Of a stretch of DNA of 64,000 bases, positions 56,140 to 64,000 are shown one piece after another. The stretch spans positions 1,172 to 65,171 of the forward strand of contig JBOEGJ010000003.1 in the NCBI GenBank assembly GCA_050633365.1. The letters are read 5' to 3'. Below the pieces are notes generated by a model. That model was not told the origin of the DNA. It was given only the letters and a program-made list of their open reading frames with translations, and did not search any database. A program made the translations under genes and the position numbers. Numbering within the stretch: the stretch's first letter is position 1; each line of letters opens with the position of its first letter. The stretch is from Cellvibrionaceae bacterium (GTDB taxonomy: Bacteria > Pseudomonadota > Gammaproteobacteria > Pseudomonadales > Cellvibrionaceae).

Positions 56140-56917
56140 CGTCGAGCCTTAACATGGTGAGCTTTCCACCCCAAACGCAGCCGGTATCGAGCGCGAAGAC
56201 ATTATCGGTGTGAGTTTGCCCTTCAAGTGCTGCCCAGTGGCCAAACACAATTTTGTTCTTTTTGGTTTTTCGGTTTTTGTGCTCAAACCATGGGGCGAAG
56301 CCCTTGGGCGCATTGTGTAAGCCATGCTTCGATTTTAGTTCTAGCTTGCCGGTGCGATCGCAAAAGCGCATGCGAGTAAAATAGTTGGTGATAATTCTCC
56401 AGCGATCGGGCCCCTTGAGTGAACGATGCCAAACCGACGGTTGGTTTCCGTACATGGTTGAGAGATATTTGTCGAATTGATGGCTCTGGATAATATCTTC
56501 GATTTCTTTGGCGCGTTTTCGGGCTTTGCGCAGGCTCCAGCGTGGGGGAATGCCTGCGTGAATCATGGTGAAGCCAAGTTTCTTGTCGTGATGAAGCAGT
56601 GGGCAAGTGCGCAGCCAATCGTAATAGCGTTCACTATTCTTGGCGATCAAGATTTCTTCAATGGTATCGCTGTCACTGGGGAGTTTATGCCCATAGGCGC
56701 AGGCTAATAGGTGTAAATCGTGATTGCCCAAAACCGAGATGAAGTTGTCGCGGCGTTGATAGACAAAGTCCAGCGTTTCCAACGATTGCGGGCCGCGATT
56801 GATGAGGTCACCGGCGAGCCACAATTGATCTCGGTCATCGTTAAAGTTCACTTTTTCCAGTAAACATTTTAACGGTTCGAGGCAGCCCTGAAGATCACCT
56901 ACGGCGTAAGTAGCCAT
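56111..56917 (-). CDS. apaH: Symmetrical Ap4A hydrolase
   Basis: VGDLQGC, GDLINRGP, LGNHDLH, HAGI, FGHWAAL, DTGCVWG. Confidence 0.96.
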   Translation of the reverse strand: MATYAVGDLQGCLEPLKCLLEKVNFNDDRDQLWLAGDLINRGPQSLETLDFVYQRRDNFISVLGNHDLHLLACAYGHKLPSDSDTIEEILIAKNSERYYDWLRTCPLLHHDKKLGFTMIHAGIPPRWSLRKARKRAKEIEDIIQSHQFDKYLSTMYGNQPSVWHRSLKGPDRWRIITNYFTRMRFCDRTGKLELKSKHGLHNAPKGFAPWFEHKNRKTKKNKIVFGHWAALEGQTHTDNVFALDTGCVWGGKLTMLRLDDERYFSCDC

Positions 56918-56925
56918 TGTTGTCC

Positions 56926-57300
56926 TTAATGTAACCGTTGCGGATGAACCAGAGCGAAGGTCGGAATAATTACATCGAACTCCTCGCCTCTGTCGTCGCG
57001 CATCTGATAAGACCCTTCCATTGTGCCGGTGGCCGTGTCGAGTACCGAGCCGCTGGTGTAAGTGTACTGATCGCCAGCCTCAATGAAGGGCTGTTCGCCA
57101 ACAACCCCAATCCCTGCGACTTCTTGTATCTCATCGTTGGCGTCGACAATCTTCCAGCGACGACTTACCAGTTGAGTGCGCTCATCACTGTTGTTGCAAA
57201 TTGTAATGGTGTAAGAAAAAACGTATTTCTGTTGCTCTGGTTGCGATTGATCCGCGAGGTATTTGGTTTTTATTTGAATGTTGATGTCGTTGTTATTCAT
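56926..57300 (-). CDS. apaG: ApaG protein
   Basis: YTITI, QLVSRRW, GVVGEQP, YTSG, MEGSY. Confidence 0.95.
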   Translation of the reverse strand: MNNNDINIQIKTKYLADQSQPEQQKYVFSYTITICNNSDERTQLVSRRWKIVDANDEIQEVAGIGVVGEQPFIEAGDQYTYTSGSVLDTATGTMEGSYQMRDDRGEEFDVIIPTFALVHPQRLH

Positions 57301-57344
57301 GTTATCGGTCTAAAGCTGGTGAAACTGTCGGCTATAGCCGACAG

Positions 57345-58187
57345 TTATTGTGAGTCGTTGGTATCTTGCAGTTCGGCGAGCTTATCGCTTAGTGCGACAA
57401 ATTCCGCCAGGGTAATGTTCTCGGGTCTTACCGAGGTGTCGATATCTAGAGACTCTATTGCTTGTGTCGGCAGTAATTGTTTTAGGGCGTTACGCAGTGT
57501 TTTTCGACGCTGCTGAAACGCTGTGTTGACTAGGCGCTCGAGCGATTTTACGTTGCGGGCTGGATGCGGCGGTTGCTCGTAGGGGGCAAGGCGAACGATA
57601 GCTGAATCGACTTTGGGGCGTGGGTTGAAGCACTCGGGCGGTACATCGAATAGGTTCTCGACACGGCAATAATATTGCACCATCACGCTTAAGCGCCCGT
57701 AGCATTTTTGTCCGGGGCTGGCAGCCATGCGATCTACGACTTCTTTTTGCAGCATAAAGTGCATGTCTTTCACGTCGGCTTGATAGCTTAGCAGGTGAAA
57801 AATCAAAGGCGTTGAAATATTGTATGGCAGGTTGCCAACAATTCGCAGTGGGCCTTTCCTTTCTCCGTTGCTATCGGTTAGCAGGGCTCCAAAATCAAAC
57901 TTGAGTGCGTCGGTTTGATGAATCTTAAAATTTGGGTAGCTGGCGATAAACTGCGACAGTAAAATTGGGATAAGGTCTCGATCCAGTTCCACCACATTCA
58001 GCGTCGGGCAGGCGGCGAGAAGTTGTTCGGTAATGGCTCCTTTTCCGGGGCCAATCTCTACCAGGTTGTCATCGCTGGTGGGGTGGATCGACTTAACGAT
58101 ACGGCGGATGATGTTGTCATCTTCGAGAAAGTTCTGGCCGAAGCGTTTGCGGGCGCGGTGCTCGGTGCCGGGTTTGGATTTACTCAT
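57345..58187 (-). CDS. rsmA: 16S rRNA m6,6A dimethyltransferase
   Basis: KRFGQNFL, EIGPGKG, ELDRD, GNLPYNISTP, PKVDSA, QRRKTLRN. Confidence 0.97.
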   Translation of the reverse strand: MSKSKPGTEHRARKRFGQNFLEDDNIIRRIVKSIHPTSDDNLVEIGPGKGAITEQLLAACPTLNVVELDRDLIPILLSQFIASYPNFKIHQTDALKFDFGALLTDSNGERKGPLRIVGNLPYNISTPLIFHLLSYQADVKDMHFMLQKEVVDRMAASPGQKCYGRLSVMVQYYCRVENLFDVPPECFNPRPKVDSAIVRLAPYEQPPHPARNVKSLERLVNTAFQQRRKTLRNALKQLLPTQAIESLDIDTSVRPENITLAEFVALSDKLAELQDTNDSQ

Positions 58188-58258
58188 AACGTCTTGTTGC
58201 TCGCGACAGGGCGAACACTCCTGAAACTGGTTTTTAACGAGATGTCATGGTCGCGACT

Positions 58259-59260
58259 CTAAGTTCGCGACATCATCTCTTGTTTGGCTTTTGCCATGGA
58301 TTGAGCGTAGTGCAGGGCGGTCAATAAACTGCCCAAGTTGGCTTTGCCGCTACCGGCTAAATCCAGTGCGGTACCGTGATCCACCGAGGTGCGAATGATC
58401 GGCAAGCCTAGGGTAATGTTGACCGCTTGCCCGAATCCTTTGAATTTTAGCACGGGTAGGCCCTGATCGTGATACATGGCCAAGACGGCATCGGCATTAT
58501 CGAGTACTTTGGGTGTGAATAAGGTGTCGGCTGGCAGAGGGCCCACGAGATCAATCCCGCGCTGACGTAGCTGGTTCAGTGTGGGCTCTATCACTTCGAT
58601 CTCTTCGCGCCCCATATGGCCTCCTTCCCCGGCGTGAGGGTTAAGGCCGCAGACCAAAATTCTTGGAGCTTGAATACCAAATTGGGTCTGTAGATCGTGA
58701 TGCAGAATTTCAATGACTTTTGTCAGTGTGCTCGGGGTCACGGCCGCCGGCACGTCTTTGAGCGGCAGATGGGTGGTGACTAGTGCGACCCTCAAGCCTT
58801 CGGTGGCCAGCATCATAACCACTTGTGGTGTGGCAGTGCGCTCGGCGAGAAATTCCGTGTGTCCGCTAAAGTTGATACCAGCGTCATTAATAACCCCTTT
58901 GTGAACCGGGGCGGTGATATAGGCGTCGAATTGGGCGTTTACGCAGCCATCAATAGCATTCTTCAGAGTTTGTAATACGTAAGAGCTGTTGGCTGCATTG
59001 AGTTCTCCCGCCACGCTAGGCACGGCCAAAGGGGTGTGCGCAACGCAAAGCTCGCCGGCCTTTAAGGGTTTCGGGGCAAGGGTTGAGTCGTAGGCACGAA
59101 TGGCCAGTGGCAAATTGAGTTGCTGGGCTCGGCTTTTGAGAAGTTCCGCGTCGGCGATCACTACCACTTCATCGTCACAGCCCTGCTGGGCAAAAGCGAT
59201 GGTAAGATCTGGGCCTATACCGGCGGGCTCGCCGGGGGTTAACGCGAGGCGTAAAGTCAT
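58259..59260 (-). CDS. pdxA: 4-hydroxythreonine-4-phosphate dehydrogenase
   Basis: [35 protein letters not shown]. Confidence 0.97.
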   Translation of the reverse strand: MTLRLALTPGEPAGIGPDLTIAFAQQGCDDEVVVIADAELLKSRAQQLNLPLAIRAYDSTLAPKPLKAGELCVAHTPLAVPSVAGELNAANSSYVLQTLKNAIDGCVNAQFDAYITAPVHKGVINDAGINFSGHTEFLAERTATPQVVMMLATEGLRVALVTTHLPLKDVPAAVTPSTLTKVIEILHHDLQTQFGIQAPRILVCGLNPHAGEGGHMGREEIEVIEPTLNQLRQRGIDLVGPLPADTLFTPKVLDNADAVLAMYHDQGLPVLKFKGFGQAVNITLGLPIIRTSVDHGTALDLAGSGKANLGSLLTALHYAQSMAKAKQEMMSRT

Positions 59261-59422
59261 AGTGGAAAATCTTCTTCAGCCGGAGGGGCGTGACCGTGTG
59301 TGGGAAATTGTAAAACTAGTGTCGGGGTGTTGGTGTCTGTTTAGTCTAGCCTACCGAGACGTTTTGCTTAGGATACAGGCTGTCGATGTGCGACAGCCGT
59401 ATCGAGTGGTGACCGAAGCTCT

Positions 59423-60709
59423 TTATTTGATCTCGACAAAAGCCTCGTCACGAATTTCGCGAATCCAATTCAAGCGCTCTTCTTCAAAGCGTCGGCTACG
59501 CAGCAGTCGATTGGCTTGATTGGTACGAACGGTCTCGCTCATGTCTTGCTGTCGGCGCTCTTGCACCTGAAGAATGTGCCAGCCAAATTGGCTGCGAAAA
59601 GGCTCGCTAATGTCGCCAATAGCGCTGTTGTTAATAGTGCGCTCAAATTCGGGTACGAACTTACCCGGTAAAGACCAGCCTAGATCGCCACCGCTGAGCA
59701 TGGAGCCAACGTCTTCAGAGTGCTCTTTAGCTTGTTCGGCAAAATCAGCACCATCGATAACTTTCTGGCGAATAGTCGCCAGTTCTTCTCGGGCCTCTTC
59801 GTTCGACAAAATTGCCGAAGGCTTGATCAATATGTGGCGAACTTTTGATTGCTCAATGACCTGCTCTTGGGCTCCACGTTTACCGTAGAGTTTTAAAATA
59901 TGAAAGCCAGCACCACTTTGCAGCGGCTCACTGATGGCACCTTGCTCGAGGGATTCTATGGCGTCAGCAAATAAGTCGGGCATCTGTGCTGATTTACGCC
60001 AGCCCAGTTCACCACCTTTTAACGCGTTTTGGCCCTTGGATTCGGCAACGGCCATCTGGCGAAAGTCGGCGCCATCGCGCAGTCGCTTGACCATATCTTG
60101 AGCTTTTTGTTCTGCTGCTTTTGCCTCTTCGTTACTGGCAGTGGAGGGCAGAGCAATCAAAATGTGGCCTAGATTGTAGTCCGGTGATGACCAAAACTTA
60201 CCTTGCTTTGATTTCAGGAAGTTCTCGACTTCTTGCTCGGAAATACGAATGCGTCGGTTGACGCTACCGCGTTGCACTTGATCGATGATCATGTCGCGGC
60301 GGATTTGTTCGCGCAGGCTGTTCATGCTCACGTTGTCTTGAGCAAGTTGCTGTTCAAACTCCGCATCGCTCAGCTTGTTTGCCTGCTTCATACGGACAAT
60401 CGCAGCATCGAGTTCGGCGTCGCTAATCTCAACGCCGACTCGTTGACCTATTTGCAATTGCAGTGATTCGGTGACCAACTGCTCGACAATCTGTGCGCGC
60501 AAGACATCTTCCGGCGGCATTTGTGTCTGGTTGGCCTGCAGTTGCGTGGTTACCATGCGAATGCGTTGTTGAAGCTCGCTGGCCATCACTACGTCGTCGT
60601 CGACCACGGCAATAACTTTATCCAAAGTGATGGTTTTGGCGAAGCTCAATCCGCTAAAGGCCAACATGGCCGCGCCCGCTAATAGTGTTCTCGTAGTGCT
60701 TTTTTTCAT
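59423..60709 (-). CDS. surA: Periplasmic chaperone/PPIase SurA
   Basis: DKVIAVVDD N-domain; two parvulin domains (HILI, GGELGW, GGDLGW, FGWHIL). Confidence 0.95.
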   Translation of the reverse strand: MKKSTTRTLLAGAAMLAFSGLSFAKTITLDKVIAVVDDDVVMASELQQRIRMVTTQLQANQTQMPPEDVLRAQIVEQLVTESLQLQIGQRVGVEISDAELDAAIVRMKQANKLSDAEFEQQLAQDNVSMNSLREQIRRDMIIDQVQRGSVNRRIRISEQEVENFLKSKQGKFWSSPDYNLGHILIALPSTASNEEAKAAEQKAQDMVKRLRDGADFRQMAVAESKGQNALKGGELGWRKSAQMPDLFADAIESLEQGAISEPLQSGAGFHILKLYGKRGAQEQVIEQSKVRHILIKPSAILSNEEAREELATIRQKVIDGADFAEQAKEHSEDVGSMLSGGDLGWSLPGKFVPEFERTINNSAIGDISEPFRSQFGWHILQVQERRQQDMSETVRTNQANRLLRSRRFEEERLNWIREIRDEAFVEIK

Positions 60710-60715
60710 AATTAT

Positions 60716-63427
60716 TTACTTAAAAGTCTTTTCACGTTCTTCGTAGCCGTAGATACCTTCGTTCAAAACGCCGGTTACTTTGCTGCCAATACTGCCCAGT
60801 CCCTTCAGTTGGAACTCAAAAAAGATACCTTGATCTTCTTCTAGGTCGAGACTGTTCACTGAGTCGATCAGGTCGTTGTCTAACCATTTGCGTGCTACTA
60901 AACGAAAACGATAGCAGCAGTCATTGTATTCGACGCCAAACAAGCTCTCGAGTTCACGGTTGTGGGTGAAATCGTAATTGGCGCGGCCAACGGTGCTCCA
61001 GTTGCCAAACAGCGGCCAAGAGAAAGAGATGTCCCCTTGTTCGATGGTTCTAGAAATCTCATCGGTGACATCGCCGTCGTTATCTAGGTCGTTAGGATCG
61101 CTGGTAAGTGGATCTTTACGGTTGTAGCGGTAGCTCAAATTAAACAGTCGCAGCTCGTCATCTTTATAGCGCAGACTTGCGTTACCACGGCGAACTTTAC
61201 CGCTTTCACTTTCGTCCCAAATAATATCGGAACGCAAGCGCCAGTAGTCACCAAACTGAGCACCGAATTGAGCCGCAAACTCTGAGTCATCTCGCTGGTT
61301 GAGTTCGTTGAGAAGTGCATCGTCTTCTTTTTGATTGAGGCTGATTGCACGATCTTCAAAATACAATATTTGTCCAAGACTGGCGCTAAAACGCTCAATG
61401 CCACTGTTTGGATCAATAAATCGAGTCGTCAATCCGATAGACAGGCGGTTATCATCATCGATGCGGTCGCCACCGGTAAAGCGAGTGTCGCGGAACAGTT
61501 GATTGTAAGTGAAGGTGAGCTCCGAAGTGTCGAAGTCGACGTCGGCTCCGCCCGCGGTAACGTCAATCAGTTCGTCTTGGTTTTCTCTCTCGCTGTAGAA
61601 GTAGAACAATCGGGGTTCGAAAGTTTGTAAGTAACGATTGCCAACCAGTGAGCCTTCGCGTTCAAAATAGAGGCCGGTATCGAGGCTGGCTTGTGGAGCG
61701 GTAAATGACGGCGCGTCGTTGGCCCCCGCGACCAGATACTCGTCGTCCAGCTTGTAATGCAAGCTCTTAACCATGACGCTAGGCTTGAAGAAGCCCCAGA
61801 TCCACTGTTTGTCCCAGCTAAGGCCGTAATCCAGTCGGGCGCGATCACCGGTCAGAATTGCGGTGTCGTCTTTGTCCCTATGATCGAAACTGACAAATTC
61901 GTGATCGAGTTCGAGCAACCAGTTATCGCCTAAACGGTAGTTACCGTCGATGCTAACTCTGGGCAGTTGCTTATACTGCTCAGCCGAAGTGGTTGAAATA
62001 GTCTGAAATTCTTCGGCTTTGATTTCATAGAGCCAGTTAGCGCTGCGATAGCCCAGAACGCCCGACTTCTTTAAGTGGGTGGCGCTATTGACTTGTAAGC
62101 TGGCGTTGTCGAGATCGCGGAAATAGTCGATATCGCTCACGTGAGTGTAATCAATACGTGAATACCAGCGGGAGTTGAGTCCGCCCACTTGGTCGATGCC
62201 CAACAGCCAGCGATCTTCACCTTTATGTGGGTAGGCTTGCTCTTCTGTTAACAGGCCTTGATCGATTAAATCGTCTTTATCAGCGTCTTCACCGCCTTTG
62301 TCGCTAGAGAGGAAGGCGGCGCTGACGGTAGTTTCAAAGCTCTCGGATAAATGGCGAACCTCTGCTTCGAGCATTTCACCGCGATCGCTTAGGAAGCGAG
62401 GGGTGAGTGTCATGTCGTAATTTGGGGCCAAATTAAAATAGTAGGGCACTGCCACATCTAGGCCACCGCCATCAGATGAGCTAATGGAAGGGAACAAGAA
62501 TCCTGATTGACGCTGGCTGCCTGCGGGGAAGCGAATATAAGGCGTATAAAATACAGGAATGCCCTTAATGTTAAGGCGAACGTGTTTGCCGGTACCTTGA
62601 TTGGTGTTGGGGTCGATGGTTAATTCACTGCCCTGTAAATACCATGTATTGCTGTCGGGTTCGCAGCGGGTAAAGGTACCGTCATCGAGTGTTAGTACCT
62701 TGTTGCCATCGATGTCGATGCTGTTGGCATCGCCGCGAGCGCCGGCCTCATGAACGAGGTAGCTGGCGTCTTGGATTTGCGCTTCGCCACTGTCCATATT
62801 CATGTTGGCGCTAGCGCCGGTCATCAATACGCCGGGTTCGCGCAAACGAATATTACCTTCGAGCAGTGCGGTGTTGGCATCTTGATCCAAGGTGGCTTTG
62901 TCGGACTCTAATTGGCGGTAGCCCTGGGTGAGTTTTACGTCACCTTCTAATACCGCGATGGATTCTTGAATCCACTCGGAGCTCTCTGCCGAGGCGCGCA
63001 TGGGAGCGTCTTCAGGATTGAGTTGAGCTTCGTCATCGGTGCGCACGGGTTCAATATAGGTGCCGCAGCAGCCCGAGGCTAAATCGACTTTCTGTTCGTC
63101 ACTTAATTGCTTTTCATCGACCCAGTCCACTTGTGCGGCAGGCAAGTTGCGAGGCTTTTCAGCGCTGGCGATGGTGGCGCCTGTGGCGGAGCGGCGTGTT
63201 GAATGCTGTGGGCGCTTGTAGGGCGCGCCGGGCGCGGCTTGCTCGTTGCAATCCCAGCCTTGTCCATTGGCGGCTGCTTTACAGCTCCACTCATAATGAC
63301 TATCCGCGGCGTATAGCGGCGTGATGGGTTGGCTGGCCAGTATTCCCAAAGCCAGTAACCATGGCGTTTGAGTGGGTTTGAGTGCGCGATGAATCTGCTG
63401 CCGTAACAGTGACTTCCGTGGGGCCAT
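60716..63427 (-). CDS. lptD: LPS-assembly outer-membrane protein LptD
   Basis: FTRCEP, PVFYTPY, PYYFNLAPNYD, DTRFTGGDRI, YNDCC, FQLKGLG. Confidence 0.96.
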   Translation of the reverse strand: MAPRKSLLRQQIHRALKPTQTPWLLALGILASQPITPLYAADSHYEWSCKAAANGQGWDCNEQAAPGAPYKRPQHSTRRSATGATIASAEKPRNLPAAQVDWVDEKQLSDEQKVDLASGCCGTYIEPVRTDDEAQLNPEDAPMRASAESSEWIQESIAVLEGDVKLTQGYRQLESDKATLDQDANTALLEGNIRLREPGVLMTGASANMNMDSGEAQIQDASYLVHEAGARGDANSIDIDGNKVLTLDDGTFTRCEPDSNTWYLQGSELTIDPNTNQGTGKHVRLNIKGIPVFYTPYIRFPAGSQRQSGFLFPSISSSDGGGLDVAVPYYFNLAPNYDMTLTPRFLSDRGEMLEAEVRHLSESFETTVSAAFLSSDKGGEDADKDDLIDQGLLTEEQAYPHKGEDRWLLGIDQVGGLNSRWYSRIDYTHVSDIDYFRDLDNASLQVNSATHLKKSGVLGYRSANWLYEIKAEEFQTISTTSAEQYKQLPRVSIDGNYRLGDNWLLELDHEFVSFDHRDKDDTAILTGDRARLDYGLSWDKQWIWGFFKPSVMVKSLHYKLDDEYLVAGANDAPSFTAPQASLDTGLYFEREGSLVGNRYLQTFEPRLFYFYSERENQDELIDVTAGGADVDFDTSELTFTYNQLFRDTRFTGGDRIDDDNRLSIGLTTRFIDPNSGIERFSASLGQILYFEDRAISLNQKEDDALLNELNQRDDSEFAAQFGAQFGDYWRLRSDIIWDESESGKVRRGNASLRYKDDELRLFNLSYRYNRKDPLTSDPNDLDNDGDVTDEISRTIEQGDISFSWPLFGNWSTVGRANYDFTHNRELESLFGVEYNDCCYRFRLVARKWLDNDLIDSVNSLDLEEDQGIFFEFQLKGLGSIGSKVTGVLNEGIYGYEEREKTFK

Positions 63428-63683
63428 TAGTAGGACAATCCTGTGTGTCTTATTGCTTTTGTGAAAAATAAAGAGGCTGATTCTACTTCGGATGAGGGCA
63501 TTAGGCTACCGCCCTGAACCATTCAGTTGATAAAAGCTTGAGCTCGGAGAAAAAAGCTCTAGACGCCACGGCAATCCGCCAAATTTACCTCAAATACGGC
63601 GAGATGAATCAAATCACTTGCCCCATGGCTGATGGGTTCGGGTAGAATCTCAGCCTTGTTGATGATCGAGTAAAGGTTTGAGT

Positions 63684-64000
63684 GTGAATCACGGACAAGA
63701 TTTTGAACCGGCATTATCTCAATGGGTTGAGCAGCAGTTGGCCGAGCGTAATTGGTCTCACTCGACGCCCTTGGAAATAAAATCGTTAAACGGTGATGCA
63801 GGCTTTCGTCGCTACAGTCGAGTCGACAGCGAGCCTAAATTGCTGGCTGTTTATGCGCCGGTCGAGACAGAAGACAGTCGGGCTTTTGTGGCCATTGCCC
63901 GATATTTGCGCGATCAAGGTGTGCATACGCCTGATGTCATAGCGGTAGACTTCGAACGTGGCTTTTTGTTGGTTGAAGATTTTGGCGATACTTTATACAG
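63684..64000 (+). CDS. APH-like phosphotransferase (AmgK/MurNAc kinase family), 5' partial
   Basis: GTG 63684 opens MNHGQD...LNGDAGFRRYSR...GFLLVEDFGD; divergent from lptD; runs off the window. Confidence 0.85.
   Translation, partial: MNHGQDFEPALSQWVEQQLAERNWSHSTPLEIKSLNGDAGFRRYSRVDSEPKLLAVYAPVETEDSRAFVAIARYLRDQGVHTPDVIAVDFERGFLLVEDFGDTLY

Noticed and set aside
1-64000. Many short antisense or nested ORFs in the track (e.g. 28151-28747, 56938-57516, 17142-17597); tRNA, rRNA, transposase or prophage genes
   Set aside because: The ORFs lie opposite or inside well-supported genes and show no motifs; no RNA-gene or mobile-element signatures were recognised

Overview
Gene-dense chromosomal segment of a gammaproteobacterium. 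GC looks like about 50% by eye, and the gene content suggests a marine, possibly Cellvibrionales-like organism rather than Pseudomonas (inference). The left third (1-25 kb) is a mixed accessory and metabolic region: DedA-flavoprotein reductase fusion, LysR with two glutathione-transferase-fold genes, an Aas-like MFS/acyltransferase with a dead adenylation domain, REC-REC-HD-GYP, a CPA2 antiporter, ppk1-ppx and a DyP peroxidase. The rest is mostly conserved core: nrdR-ribD-ribE-ribBX-ribH-nusB-thiL-pgpA-ribA; cbrX-cbrA-cbrB-pcnB-folK-dNK-panB; gluQ-dksA/sfsA; cysE; ppa/hppA; lptD-surA-pdxA-rsmA-apaG-apaH. The most interesting signals are absent from the ORF track: (i) a roughly 295-nt, extremely A-rich CrcZ-like sponge RNA behind a complete sigma54/IHF/TGTTAC enhancer; (ii) a roughly 100-nt PrrF-like sRNA with Fur-box-like promoter; (iii) a 58-aa cbrX ORF overlapping cbrA; (iv) a candidate structured 5' leader on the Na+-pyrophosphatase gene. 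A tandem pair of paralogous small orphan proteins also sits next to a diguanylate cyclase. I saw no tRNA, rRNA, CRISPR array or intact mobile element. All family assignments come from motif recognition by eye, not database searches.
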